DNA of 62,112 nt, the filler included, from Caldilineae bacterium (lineage in GTDB: Bacteria > Chloroflexota > Anaerolineae > DTLA01): the NCBI GenBank assembly GCA_037446815.1. It is 3 parts of 3 records of this genome, joined end to end, with 100 filler letters (N's around TTAATTAATTAA, not from the genome) between each part and the next. Parts side by side here need not be neighbours in the genome. Positions count along the whole stretch, not along the records: positions 1 to 21,037 come from JBBIHX010000041.1; 2 more parts are not named here. One strand, written 5' to 3'. Positions 10,191-20,397 of this stretch are shown piece after piece. Below the pieces are notes generated by a model that saw nothing but the letters and a program-made list of their open reading frames with translations, did no database searches and was not told where the DNA came from. A program made the translations under genes and the position numbers. Position 1 is the stretch's first letter. Each line of letters begins with the position of its first letter.

Positions 10191-12773
10191 TCACTCGCCC
10201 GCCCACACCACCGGCAGGCGAATCCAGTGCGACACCGGCACGCGCGTCGGCACAGGCGACGGCGTGGGCGTCGGGGCCAGCACCCGCGAATCCGCCCGCG
10301 CCGTGATCGCCAAGCACTCGGCGCAAGCCAGCACCACCGTGTTCGTGAACACCGACCCGCCCGCCAGCGACGAGCGCGTATGCGCCACGAGGCGAATCGT
10401 CCGCTCCTCGCCAGGCCCCAGCGTGCCCAGGTTCCAGGTAACGATGGGATTCCCCCACTGCCCCACTCCGCCGGAATCCGCGCTCACAAAATCCAGGCCC
10501 GGAGGCAGCGTATCCGTCAGCACAACCTGCGTAATCGCCACGCGGCGCAGATTCGTAACGGTGATGAAGTACCGCTGATTGTCGCCCGCGCGGATGGGAT
10601 CGTACAGGTCGCCCTTGAACAGGCGAGGGGCCGGAGCCGCGGTTCCTCCAAGGCCCCACACGGCATCGACGTAGGCATCGGCGGCAAACACATCCGCATC
10701 GCCGTCGTGATCCACATCGGCGGCGCCCACGTCCAGGGGCCACAGCCCGGCCTCGTAGTCCACGCGCCCGCCGAAGTTGCCCGCGCCGTCCCCCAGGAGC
10801 ACGCTCACGTCGCCCGACCCGCGATTCGCCGTAGCCACATCCAGCGCGCCGTCCCCGTCCACATCAGCCAGGACGATAGCCGTTGGGTCCTCGCCCACGG
10901 CGAACTTGCGCGCCGCGCCAAAGGACCCCGTTCCGCTTCCCAGCAGGATGCCCGCTTGCCCGGCATCTCGCAGCGCGATGGCCATGTCGGGAATGCCGTC
11001 GCCGTTGACATCGCCGACATCCAGCCCGCCAACCCGTCCGCCGGCGGGCACCGTGGAACTCACGAACGCGCCGCCCGACGTTCCCAGCAGCACCACGACC
11101 TGTTGCCCCGTCTCGCACCCGACCGCGGCATCCAGCGCCCCGTCGCGATTGAAGTCGGCGGCGGCGATGTGCCGAGGGTCCGGGCCGGTTGGGTACTGCT
11201 GCGCCCCCTCGTGCAACTCGCCGCTGCTCGCGCCAAACAGCACCCGCACGGCATCGGCAAACGTGTCGCCGACGAGGATATCGGCGTTGCCGTCGCCGTT
11301 GAAATCCCCCGCCGCCAGCCCCTCGGGCCACCCCGACACGAAATGCGCATGCGGCCCATCCCAGGCCCCGTCCGCCGCACCGAAGAAGACCCACACATCC
11401 CCGCTGCCCATGTTGGCAACGGCCACATCGGTCCGCCCGTCGTGATTGAAATCCGCCGTTGCGAGGGCAGAGGGATACGCGCCCGTGCCCAGGGTCGTCC
11501 AGGGATCAAGCCCGCCCACGCCCTTGCCCCGAAACAGCGTCAGCGTGCGGCTCTGGTTGCTCAGGGCCAGCGCATCCGCCCACGTGTCCCCGTCCACATC
11601 CGCGAGGCGCAGGGCAACAGGCCCGTCGCCGACCGCATATTTGCGCGCGGACGCCAGGCCGCCTTCCCCGTCGCCGAGGAAAAGCACAACCCGATCCCGC
11701 GCCGTGTCGGCCACGGCCACGTCCACCCACCCGTCGCCATTCCAATCTCCCACAGCCGCCGCCGATGGGCTTTGGCCCGCGGGCAAATGGTACGCGGAAC
11801 CCAACCCGCCGACTGCCGACGGGATAACCGACACCGTCTGCCCGGCCGCGTTGGCCGTTACGAAGTCCGGCAAGCCGTCGCCGTTCACATCGCCCACGGC
11901 CACGCCCGTCGGCCCCCGACCTGTCAGTGGGCACAAAGGCTCGGCAAAGCCGCCGTCTCCCAGACCCCGCCACCAGAAAAGGCGATCCGTGAGCGAATCC
12001 ACGGCGACAAGGTCCACGTGCCCATCCGCGTTCGCGTCTATCGCCATGAGGCCACGCATCCCGGGAGGCGCAAGCAGATCCCCTAACCGCGCAAACGCCC
12101 CGTGCCCCGTTCCGAGGAGCACGGTGATGTTGCTCGCGCTCGGATTGGCAACGGCCATGTCAGCGAGGCCGTCGCCGTCAAAGTCCGCGATGGCAAGTTC
12201 GCCCGCGCCCGCAGAAACGGGGATTACCCTTCCCGTCGCGAACGTGCCGTCGCCGTATCCGGTGAAGACAATCACCTCGCCTCTGTCGGGGACGGACACC
12301 ACCACATCCAAGCGCCCGTCCCCGCTCACGTCGGAGACCGCAAGGCCGGCGGGCAAACCGCTCAGCGGCAGGGACAGGCGCGGCGCAAAGGTGCCCGTCC
12401 CGCTGCCCTGGAGCACGCGCACCGCCTCCTCGGACTGGCCGATACACGCCGCATCGGGTCGGCCGTCGCCGTTGAAATCGCCCAAGGCCAGGGCGGACAG
12501 CGCGGGGCATGCGGGGGATGCCACAGGAGAGCCGAATGTCCCGTTGCCCAGGCCGCGCAGGAACACCACGCTATCGTCATCCCGCGCGCCCGCGACGATG
12601 TCCGCCTGCCCGTCGGTGTTGGCATCGCACCCCAGCAGGACGACCGGCGCGCGCCCAGCGGGAAAGTGCAGGGCCGCGGCCAGCACCGGCCGAGGGTTGG
12701 CCGCGCTGCTCTGCGAAACCGTCGCGCACACCACCGCCAGCAGGCACCCTAGCGCCACAATTCGGGACTTCAC
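10191..12773 (-). CDS. Secreted FG-GAP/VCBS repeat protein with C-terminal DUF11 domain
   Basis: Many 'GDFNGDG..D' repeats; GTG start after GGAGG; signal peptide; 'ITVTN...VVLTDTLPPGLDFV'; Pro/Thr linker. Confidence 0.9.
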   Translation of the reverse strand: MKSRIVALGCLLAVVCATVSQSSAANPRPVLAAALHFPAGRAPVVLLGCDANTDGQADIVAGARDDDSVVFLRGLGNGTFGSPVASPACPALSALALGDFNGDGRPDAACIGQSEEAVRVLQGSGTGTFAPRLSLPLSGLPAGLAVSDVSGDGRLDVVVSVPDRGEVIVFTGYGDGTFATGRVIPVSAGAGELAIADFDGDGLADMAVANPSASNITVLLGTGHGAFARLGDLLAPPGMRGLMAIDANADGHVDLVAVDSLTDRLFWWRGLGDGGFAEPLCPLTGRGPTGVAVGDVNGDGLPDFVTANAAGQTVSVIPSAVGGLGSAYHLPAGQSPSAAAVGDWNGDGWVDVAVADTARDRVVLFLGDGEGGLASARKYAVGDGPVALRLADVDGDTWADALALSNQSRTLTLFRGKGVGGLDPWTTLGTGAYPSALATADFNHDGRTDVAVANMGSGDVWVFFGAADGAWDGPHAHFVSGWPEGLAAGDFNGDGNADILVGDTFADAVRVLFGASSGELHEGAQQYPTGPDPRHIAAADFNRDGALDAAVGCETGQQVVVLLGTSGGAFVSSTVPAGGRVGGLDVGDVNGDGIPDMAIALRDAGQAGILLGSGTGSFGAARKFAVGEDPTAIVLADVDGDGALDVATANRGSGDVSVLLGDGAGNFGGRVDYEAGLWPLDVGAADVDHDGDADVFAADAYVDAVWGLGGTAAPAPRLFKGDLYDPIRAGDNQRYFITVTNLRRVAITQVVLTDTLPPGLDFVSADSGGVGQWGNPIVTWNLGTLGPGEERTIRLVAHTRSSLAGGSVFTNTVVLACAECLAITARADSRVLAPTPTPSPVPTRVPVSHWIRLPVVWAGE

Positions 12774-12910
12774 GCGCACCTCCAACGGACATGTCCCACT
12801 TGGGGAAACGCGCCCAGATGGCACGGGATATTCCCCGCGCCGAAGTATGCCGCAACCCGCGCCGCCGCGCAACTGCGACCGCGAAGGGCGGCATCCCGCC
12901 ACTCCTCTAG

Positions 12911-13016
12911 GACTCGGTTGCCATTCTGAGCGGCGGAGAGCGAAGAATCTCGCTCCTCACCCCAGCCCTCTCCCGAAGGGCGAGGGCGTTTCGCCTTAAA
13001 GAGATGGAACCGAGTC
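12911..13016. mobile_element. MITE-like element (106 bp)
   Basis: Ends GACTCGGTT...AACCGAGTC; internal palindromic repeat modules; no target duplication seen. Confidence 0.65.
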
Positions 13017-13031
13017 GCTGGAACAGCAGAA

Positions 13032-13061
13032 TTGACACGCCCCTATCGTCGCGTGTACAAT
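13032..13061 (+). promoter_or_regulatory. sigma70-type promoter
   Basis: TTGACA-18 bp-TACAAT upstream of the DUF1385 gene. Confidence 0.7.
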
Positions 13062-13096
13062 CCCCGCAGGTCAAGCACAAGGAGATTCGCGACAAC

Positions 13097-13993
13097 ATGT
13101 CTAAATACCACTACGGCGGCCAGGCGGTCATTGAGGGCGTCATGATGCGGGGGCGGCAACACATGGCCGTCGCGGTGCGCAAACCCGATGGCGACATCGT
13201 CCTCCACTCGGAGCCCCTCACCAGCAAGTTCCACACCAGCCGCGCCATGCGCCTGCCGTTCCTGCGGGGCATCGGCGTGCTGGTGGACACGGTGCTCCTC
13301 GGCATCCGCAGTCTCATGTTCTCCGCCGACGTCGCTCTGGGCGAAGAAGACGTGCAGTTCTCGGGGCCACTCGCGTGGGGCACGGTAGCCGTATCCTTCG
13401 CCCTTGCCATCGGCCTCTTCTTCGTCCTTCCGCTGGCGCTCGTCAACCTGGTGGACCGGTACATCGCCTCGGCCCTGGTCAGCAACATCGTTGAGGGCAT
13501 CGTCCGTCTCGGCATCTTCCTGGCATACGTCTGGGCCATCGGATTCATCCCCGACATCCAGCGCGTCTTTGCCTACCACGGCGCAGAGCACAAGACCGTG
13601 AACGCATACGAAAGCGGCGTGCCGCTCACGCCCGAGACGGTGCAAACGCACACGAAGGCGCACACGCGCTGCGGCACGGCGTTTCTGCTGGTCGTGGCCG
13701 TCATCTCCATCTTCGTCTTCGCGTTCTTGGGGCGCCCCTCGTGGCCGGTGCGGTACGCCTCCCGAATCCTGCTCATCCCCGTTATCGCTGGCCTGTCCTA
13801 CGAGTGGCTGCGGTTCTCGGCGAATCACCAGGATCAAGCGTGGGTCAGGTGGATTTCCGCGCCCGGCCTTGCGCTGCAACGCCTCACCACCCGCGAGCCC
13901 GACTCCAAGATGGTGGAAGTAGCCATCACGGCCCTGACGCGGGTATTGGATGAAGATGCCAAATCGGAGAGCGCGCCTCCAACTACCGGGTAA
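13097..13993 (+). CDS. DUF1385 domain membrane protein
   Basis: YGGQAVIEGVMMRG, YHGAEHK, HTRCGTAF, LQRLTTREP; AAGGAG RBS. Confidence 0.9.
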   Translation: MSKYHYGGQAVIEGVMMRGRQHMAVAVRKPDGDIVLHSEPLTSKFHTSRAMRLPFLRGIGVLVDTVLLGIRSLMFSADVALGEEDVQFSGPLAWGTVAVSFALAIGLFFVLPLALVNLVDRYIASALVSNIVEGIVRLGIFLAYVWAIGFIPDIQRVFAYHGAEHKTVNAYESGVPLTPETVQTHTKAHTRCGTAFLLVVAVISIFVFAFLGRPSWPVRYASRILLIPVIAGLSYEWLRFSANHQDQAWVRWISAPGLALQRLTTREPDSKMVEVAITALTRVLDEDAKSESAPPTTG

Positions 13994-14051
13994 GTCTTGC
14001 GGCAATTCCCATGCGGTGATATAATAGCGCCAGCGAACGCGGAGGACGAGA

Positions 14052-14720
14052 GTGGCCAAGGGCTTCCAGACACGACAGCAGCACAAAGCCCAATCCTTGA
14101 ACGAACAGGGGCTTGTCCACTACAACAACTGGGAACTGGATGAGGCCATCGCCTGTTTCCGCAAGAGCGTTCACCTGGCGCCCGACGAGCCGGACTACCA
14201 CCTCAACCTCGCCCGCGCCCTGGTGCGCGCAGGCGACTACGACCTGGCCCTGCACTCCATCGCCGAGTTCCTCCGCTGCGAACCGTCCGGTGCGCTGGCT
14301 GCCCGCTTCCAGCAGTTCTTCGCCAACTCGTTTGACCCGGTGGAGGCCATCCTGACCGACAAGATGAAAGCCAGGGGCATGTCGCTGGAAGACACCGGCG
14401 CCGCGCTTCAGATGTGGCTGGAATTCCGAATCGCAAAGGGACGCGAAACCATCACCCGAGTGGCGCCCGAAGCATGGGCCGCGGCCCTGGATTACACCGT
14501 ACAGAAGGTGAACTTCCGGGATACGGACTTGGCGGAGATTGCGCGCTTGTACAACACCACCGTTGCGCGAGTGCGAGCCCGCCATCGACAGTTGCTGGAA
14601 ACACTGGACATCATGCCGTGCGACTACCGATATTTCACAGACAAACACAATCCTTTGGACAAACTCATTGAAGCAGCGACGATGCTGGAGGAACTGGAGC
14701 GCCGATTCAACCAGGCGTAG
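14052..14720 (+). CDS. TPR protein with C-terminal helical/HTH-like domain
   Basis: TPR pattern 'EAIACFRKSVHLAPDEPDYHLNLARAL'; GGAGG RBS. Confidence 0.7.
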   Translation: MAKGFQTRQQHKAQSLNEQGLVHYNNWELDEAIACFRKSVHLAPDEPDYHLNLARALVRAGDYDLALHSIAEFLRCEPSGALAARFQQFFANSFDPVEAILTDKMKARGMSLEDTGAALQMWLEFRIAKGRETITRVAPEAWAAALDYTVQKVNFRDTDLAEIARLYNTTVARVRARHRQLLETLDIMPCDYRYFTDKHNPLDKLIEAATMLEELERRFNQA

Positions 14721-14880
14721 AATCGGCATCCTACGGACTCTCTGGCCGCGCAAAGGAGCGGGGCGAAAACAGGTACGCAGGTGATCCAAACGGAACAGGT
14801 TGCCGAAAGGCACGTCTCCTGTTCCGCGTTTTTTGACCACCATCGCACTCTCATTGTACACACAAAGAAGGAGGACAAAC

Positions 14881-15984
14881 ATGGCTCAAGAAACCGAATT
14901 CCGAATCCGGCCATCGGATCTCAGGGACTTCTGCACAGGCGTGTTCCGCGCGCTGGGCGTGCCCGAGGAAGATGCCCACATCACCGCCGATGTGCTGGTC
15001 TCCGCCGACCTGCGTGGTGTGGACTCCCACGGGGTCGCCCGCCTCAAGCGCTACGTGGACGGCATCCGCACCGGAATGATGCGCCTGGACGCCAAGCCCC
15101 GCGTCGTGCACGAGACGCCCACCACCGCCACCATAGACGCGGACGGCGGCCTCGGCCAACCGCCCTCGTACCGCGCCATGGAGATGGCCATCGCCAAGGC
15201 CGAGAAACTCGGCGCCGGGTTTGTCGCCGTGCGCAACTCCAACCACTACGGCATTGCGGGCTACTACGCCATGATGGCGTTGGAGAAGGACATGATCGGC
15301 ATCTCCACCACAAACGCCGACGTGCTCGTGGTGCCCACCTTCGGCCGCAACGCCATGTTCGGCACCAACCCCATCGCGGTGGCCGCCCCCGCCGGAAAAG
15401 AGCGCCCCTTCGTCCTGGACATGGCCACCTCCGTCGTCCCTCGCGGCAAACTGGAGGTGTACGACCGACTGGGCAAGCCCATGCCGGATGGCTGGGCCAC
15501 CGACGAGTTCGGCGTTGGCACCAACGACGCCACGCGCGTGCTCCGCAACTTCGCAACCCGCGCGGGCGGCGGCCTGCTGCCCCTGGGCGGCGAGGGCGAA
15601 CTCCACAGCGGCCACAAGGGCTACGGCTTGGCGCTCCTGGTGGACATCCTGTCCGCCGTTCTCCCTGGGGCAGCCTATGCCGACCTCGTGTATCCCAAGA
15701 CGCCGGATGGCAAGCCCCTGCCTGCCAACATCGGTCACTTCTTCGGCGCGCTTCGCATTGACGGCTTCCGCCCCGTCGCGGAGTTCAAGGCCGACATGGA
15801 CGAACTCATCACCCGCATCAAGAACTCGCCCAAGGCGCAAGGCGCGGATCGCATCTACATCCACGGCGAGAAGGAGTTTGAGAAGCAGGCAGAGCGCGAA
15901 GCCAACGGCATCCCCCTGCACGAAAAGGTGGTTGCCACGCTGCGCCAAATCGGCGCCGAACTCAAGGTCCCGTTCCCAGGCTAG
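14881..15984 (+). CDS. Ldh2 family (type 2 malate/L-lactate) oxidoreductase
   Basis: ADLRGVDSHG, NSNHYG, GTNPIA, LDMATS, GHKGYGL. Confidence 0.92.
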   Translation: MAQETEFRIRPSDLRDFCTGVFRALGVPEEDAHITADVLVSADLRGVDSHGVARLKRYVDGIRTGMMRLDAKPRVVHETPTTATIDADGGLGQPPSYRAMEMAIAKAEKLGAGFVAVRNSNHYGIAGYYAMMALEKDMIGISTTNADVLVVPTFGRNAMFGTNPIAVAAPAGKERPFVLDMATSVVPRGKLEVYDRLGKPMPDGWATDEFGVGTNDATRVLRNFATRAGGGLLPLGGEGELHSGHKGYGLALLVDILSAVLPGAAYADLVYPKTPDGKPLPANIGHFFGALRIDGFRPVAEFKADMDELITRIKNSPKAQGADRIYIHGEKEFEKQAEREANGIPLHEKVVATLRQIGAELKVPFPG

Positions 15985-15993
15985 CACAAGGAG

Positions 15994-17286
15994 ATGGACA
16001 TGTTCAGCGTTCCGTTCGGCAAAGGCCGACTTGAATTTGACCTGCCCCGTGGCTTCCGCGGCCACGTGGTGGAATCCAAAACGTTGCCGCCCATTGCGGA
16101 CGTCCCGGGAGAGGTGCGCAAATACCTGCGCCAGCCCGTAGCGTCCCCGCCCCTCCGGGAACTTGCTGGGCCAGGCGACAAGGTCTGCATCGTCTTCACC
16201 GACATCACGCGCGCCAGCCCGGACTACCTGCTGGTGCCGCCCGTTCTGGAAGAACTGGAGGCCGCGGGCGTCCGCCGCGAGGACATCACCCTCCTCTGCG
16301 GCGTCGGCATGCACCGACCCAGCACCCACGAGGAGAAGATCGCCAAACTCGGCGCCGACGTGGTGCGCAACTATCGCGTCATTGACCACGAGCCGCAAAA
16401 CCCCGCCGCGCTGGTGGACCTGGGCAAGACGCCATCGGGCATCCCGCTCACAGTCAACAAAATCGCCTACGAGGCCGACCTGCTCATCGCGACCGGCATC
16501 GTGGAGCCGCACCAGTACGCCGGATACAGCGGCGGGCGCAAGACGCTGGCCGTTGGAGCCGCCGGCGAGGAGATGATCGCCTACAGCCACGGGCCGGCCA
16601 TTGTGGATCATCCGGGCACGCGCCTCGGCAAGATTGAGGGCAATCCGTTCCACGAAGCCGTTACCGAAGCCGCGCGCCGCGCCGGGTTGCGGTTCATCGT
16701 CAACGTGGTCATTGACGACAACAAGCAAGTCGTGGCCGTGCGGGCGGGCGCGACCGAAGAGGCCTTCATGGAACTCGTCGCCATCGCGCGGTCCATCTTT
16801 GAAGTGCCCATCCCCCAGCAGTACGACGTCGCCGTGGCCGGAATCGGCTTCCCCAAGGACGCCAACCTGTACCAGGCGTCGCGCGCCGCCAGTTACCTGT
16901 TCTTCGCGCCAACCCAGGTGGTCCGCGATGGCGGCTACATCATCCTGCCGGCCGAATGCGAGGAGGGCCCCGGCGAGGGCGTGGGCGAGCAGCGTTTCTT
17001 TGAGACCATGCGCAACGCCGCCTCGCCCCAGCAGATTCTGGACGACGCACGCAAGTACGGCTACAAGCCCGGCGAGCAGCGCGCCTTTGTCATGGCGAAG
17101 GTGCTGGAGAAGAACAAGGTCATCGTCGTGGGCAGCAAGGACCCGGACATGGTCCGTCAGGCGAAGATGATCCCCGCCGCGACCATGGACGAGGCCTTCG
17201 CGCTCATCCAGCAGGACCTGGGGCCGCAGTGCGACGTGCTGGTGGTTCCCCATGCCCTTCTGACCCTGCCCATCGTGCAATCGTAA
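15994..17286 (+). CDS. larA: Nickel-pincer-dependent racemase/epimerase, LarA family
   Basis: DITR, GMHR, IDH, EPHQYAGYSGGRK, NLYQ, ECEEG. Confidence 0.85.
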   Translation: MDMFSVPFGKGRLEFDLPRGFRGHVVESKTLPPIADVPGEVRKYLRQPVASPPLRELAGPGDKVCIVFTDITRASPDYLLVPPVLEELEAAGVRREDITLLCGVGMHRPSTHEEKIAKLGADVVRNYRVIDHEPQNPAALVDLGKTPSGIPLTVNKIAYEADLLIATGIVEPHQYAGYSGGRKTLAVGAAGEEMIAYSHGPAIVDHPGTRLGKIEGNPFHEAVTEAARRAGLRFIVNVVIDDNKQVVAVRAGATEEAFMELVAIARSIFEVPIPQQYDVAVAGIGFPKDANLYQASRAASYLFFAPTQVVRDGGYIILPAECEEGPGEGVGEQRFFETMRNAASPQQILDDARKYGYKPGEQRAFVMAKVLEKNKVIVVGSKDPDMVRQAKMIPAATMDEAFALIQQDLGPQCDVLVVPHALLTLPIVQS

Positions 17287-17305
17287 TCGCGACAAGGAAG
17301 ACATC

Positions 17306-18628
17306 ATGGCTCAACAACGACGAGAGACCATCCCACACCTGCCCACCGAGGAGCAGTACCTGAACTGCATTCGATGCGGCCTGTGCCTGTCGGCCTGTCC
17401 CATCTACCGCGAGTCGCTTCGCGAAACCGACGGCCCGCGCGCCCACGTGGTGCTCACGCGCAAGTACGCCGAAGGCGAGATTGACATCAGCCCCCAGTTC
17501 GTGGACATCATGTACAAGTGCCTGGACTGCGAGGCGTGCAATGCCATCTGCCCGGTCGGGATACGCCCGGCCGACCTGGCCATGGAGATGCGTCAGGTCA
17601 TCCACAAGGCCAAGCCCCAGCCCTGGCTCAAGAAGCCCATTTTCCACGGCTACTTCCCGCATCCGTTGATTCAGGAATTGTCGGTGCTGCCGCTCCTCTT
17701 GTACCAGCGGCTGGGCCTTCAAACCCTCGCCCGCAAACTGGGCATCCTGAAACTCCTGCCGCGGCAACTGCAGGACATGGAGCACATGGTGCCCAAACTG
17801 CCGGCGCGGCCCCTGCGCCAGGTGCTGCCCGAGGAAATGCCGCCGGTGGGCGAGGAAAAGCACCGCGTGGCCTTCTTCCTGGGCTGCTTCCAGAGCACCA
17901 TCTTCGCCGAGGAGAGCGAGGCCACGGTGCGGGTCATGGCCCGCAACGGCTGCCGCGTCATCACCCCCAAGGCGGTCAAGTGCTGCGGCATGCCCGCCGC
18001 CGGCTACGGCGACATTGACCTGGTCAAGAGCCTGGCGCGGTTCAACATTGACCTGTTCCTGCCGCTGAACCCCGACGTCATTGTTACCGACTGCGCCACC
18101 TGCGGCTCCACGCTGAAACACTACGCCGAGATTCTGAAAGACGACCCGAACTACGCCCAGAAGGCCGCGGTCTTCTCCAGCAAGGTGCGCGACATCTCCG
18201 AGTTCCTCATGTCCATTGACATCCGCCCGCCGAAGGGAGAGGTCCGCGCGCGGGTTACGTACCACGACCCGTGCCACCTGGTCCGCGCCCAGAAGGTGCG
18301 CAAGCAGCCCAGAGACCTGCTGAGAATGATCCCCGGCGTGGAGTTCGTGGAGATGAAGGAATCCGACTGGTGCTGCGGGTCGGCAGGCACGCAGATTCTC
18401 ACGCACTACCACAACTCCCTGGCCGTCAACCGCCGCAAGATGGAGAACGTGCGCGCCACGGAAGCCGACATCGTCGCCACCGGCTGCCCAGGCTGCCAGA
18501 TGCAACTGCACATGGGCGCCAACCACTACAAGGTGAACGTCCGCGTCGTGCATCCGATTCAGTTGCTGGAAGAAGCCTATCGGCGCGAAGAAGCCGATCT
18601 CGGGAAAGACTCGCCCACAGGAGAATAG
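17306..18628 (+). CDS. glcF: GlcF-like Fe-S subunit (two 4Fe-4S motifs plus CCG domains)
   Basis: CIRCGLCLSACP, CLDCEACNAICP, CCG, YHDPCHL. Confidence 0.85.
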   Translation: MAQQRRETIPHLPTEEQYLNCIRCGLCLSACPIYRESLRETDGPRAHVVLTRKYAEGEIDISPQFVDIMYKCLDCEACNAICPVGIRPADLAMEMRQVIHKAKPQPWLKKPIFHGYFPHPLIQELSVLPLLLYQRLGLQTLARKLGILKLLPRQLQDMEHMVPKLPARPLRQVLPEEMPPVGEEKHRVAFFLGCFQSTIFAEESEATVRVMARNGCRVITPKAVKCCGMPAAGYGDIDLVKSLARFNIDLFLPLNPDVIVTDCATCGSTLKHYAEILKDDPNYAQKAAVFSSKVRDISEFLMSIDIRPPKGEVRARVTYHDPCHLVRAQKVRKQPRDLLRMIPGVEFVEMKESDWCCGSAGTQILTHYHNSLAVNRRKMENVRATEADIVATGCPGCQMQLHMGANHYKVNVRVVHPIQLLEEAYRREEADLGKDSPTGE

Positions 18629-18632
18629 GGAG

Positions 18633-20018
18633 ATGATAGAGCCTCGTGTCATCAAGGAATTGGAGGCGGTGGTCGGGAAGCAGCACGTCCTCTCCTCCCC
18701 GGAAGACCTTATCGCCTACTCCTACGACAGCACGTTTGAGGAACACAAACCGGACATCATCGTCAATCCGGCCAACACCGAAGAGGTATCGCAGGTGATG
18801 CGGATCGCCTATCGCGAGAACGTCCCCGTGGTGCCGAGAGGGATGGGCAGCGGGCTGGCTGCGGCGTCCATCCCGTACTCCGGCGGCATGGTGCTGAGCC
18901 TCACGCGCATGAACCGCATCCTGGAGATTGACGAGGAGAACATGATCGCCACGGTGGAGGCCGGCGTGGTTACGGCAGACTTCCAGGCCAAAGTGGAAGA
19001 AATGGGCCTGTTCTACCCGCCGGACCCCTCATCCATCAAGCACTCCACCATCGGCGGCAACATCGCATGCAACGCCGGCGGGCCCCGCTGCCTGAAATAC
19101 GGCGTTACGTCGGACTACGTCCTGGGCCTCACCGCCGTCCTGCCCAACGGCGACATCATCAAGACCGGCGGCAAGGCCATCAAGAACGTAACCGGCCTGA
19201 ACCTGACCCAACTGCTCATCGGGTCGGAGGGGACGCTCGCCATCATCACCGAAGCCATGTTGCGGCTCATGCCCAAACCCAAGCACGCCCGCACGGCGAT
19301 GGCCGTCTATGCCCGCCTGGACGACGCTGCCAAGACCGTGAATGCCATCCTGCTGGAGGGCGTGGTGCCCGCCACCATTGAACTCATGGACGACACCACC
19401 ATCAACACGATTGAGGAATACCTGCACCTGGGCCTGCCCACGGACGCAGCGGCCATCCTCATCATTGAGACCGACGGGAGCGACGAGCAGACCGTCCTGC
19501 GCGAGATGGAGACCGTGGCCCGCGTCGCCCGCGAGTGCGGCGCAACGGATGTGCGGGTGGCCCAGACCGAGGCCGAGCGCAACGAACTGTGGCGCGGCCG
19601 AAGGTCTGTGTCACCGTCGCTGGCCCGCCGCAGGCCCAACAAACTGGGCGAGGACATCTCCGTGCCCCGCTCCGCCATCCCGGAGGCCATCCGCCGCATC
19701 AAGGCGATCTCCGAGAAGTATCGCCTGCCCATCGTCGTCTTCGGCCACGCGGGCGACGGCAACCTGCACCCCAACATCCTGTTTGACAAGCGCGACCCCG
19801 ACGAGTGGCACCGCGTGGAGCAGGTGTCCGCCGAAATCTTCGGCATGGCCGTGGAACTCGGCGGCACGCTGACAGGCGAGCATGGGGTCGGCGTTCTCAA
19901 GCAGCCCTACCTGGAACTGGCGCTGGGGAAGACCGCCATCGCCCTCCAACAGGGCATCAAGAAGGTCTTTGACCCAAAGGGCCTGCTGAATCCGGGGAAG
20001 AAGTTCCCCGCGGCGTAA
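18633..20018 (+). CDS. glcD: GlcD-like FAD-linked 2-hydroxyacid oxidase
   Basis: YPPDPSS, STIGGNIACNAGG, GSEGTL, GHAGDGNLH, GEHGVG, LNPGK. Confidence 0.9.
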   Translation: MIEPRVIKELEAVVGKQHVLSSPEDLIAYSYDSTFEEHKPDIIVNPANTEEVSQVMRIAYRENVPVVPRGMGSGLAAASIPYSGGMVLSLTRMNRILEIDEENMIATVEAGVVTADFQAKVEEMGLFYPPDPSSIKHSTIGGNIACNAGGPRCLKYGVTSDYVLGLTAVLPNGDIIKTGGKAIKNVTGLNLTQLLIGSEGTLAIITEAMLRLMPKPKHARTAMAVYARLDDAAKTVNAILLEGVVPATIELMDDTTINTIEEYLHLGLPTDAAAILIIETDGSDEQTVLREMETVARVARECGATDVRVAQTEAERNELWRGRRSVSPSLARRRPNKLGEDISVPRSAIPEAIRRIKAISEKYRLPIVVFGHAGDGNLHPNILFDKRDPDEWHRVEQVSAEIFGMAVELGGTLTGEHGVGVLKQPYLELALGKTAIALQQGIKKVFDPKGLLNPGKKFPAA

Positions 20019-20151
20019 CCGCGAACCGCAGCGCTCGGCGCGATGGGCCATCTCATCGCGCCGAGTTTTCGCGCGCGCCCCGCCCCCGGATACACCGCCG
20101 CGTGCTCTTTCCCCGTAGGCGACGGGAAGCCGGCTCAAACCGCCGCGCTTT

Positions 20152-20180
20152 TTGACAATGGTGCCCAGGCGGGGTACAAT
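20152..20180 (+). promoter_or_regulatory. Promoter of tRNA-Arg
   Basis: TTGACA-17 bp-TACAAT. Confidence 0.8.
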
Positions 20181-20191
20181 TTATGTAATGC

Positions 20192-20265
20192 GCGCCCGTA
20201 GCTCAATAGGACAGAGCGTCTGACTTCGAATCAGCAGGCTGTGGGTTCAAGTCCCGCCGGGCGCG
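20192..20265 (+). tRNA. tRNA-Arg(UCG)
   Basis: GCGCCCGTAGCTCAATAGGACAGAGC...CT-TCG-AA...GGGTTCAAGTCCCGCCGGGCGCG; followed by CCT, so CCA is not encoded. Confidence 0.92.
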
Positions 20266-20397
20266 CCTGGTATATCGTGCGAGCCCTTCTGCGAGCGTGC
20301 GCGGCAGGCCCAGAAGGGCGTTGGCTTATTCACGACACGTGTCGGTGGCCCCTCGGCGGCCCGTCGCCCGCAGCGGGGTCGGTTGCGAGCAAATCCC

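Noticed and set aside
12774..12902. N-terminal extensions in the ORF track (also for priA, DUF1385, GH5, dppD, tmk)
   Set aside because: Downstream starts with RBS and family-typical N-termini fit better.
14851..17307. Long antisense ORFs (also 26141-29080, 35952-38165, 10167-12086, 21571-23541)
   Set aside because: Shadow frames of well-supported genes in GC-rich DNA, with no recognisable motifs.
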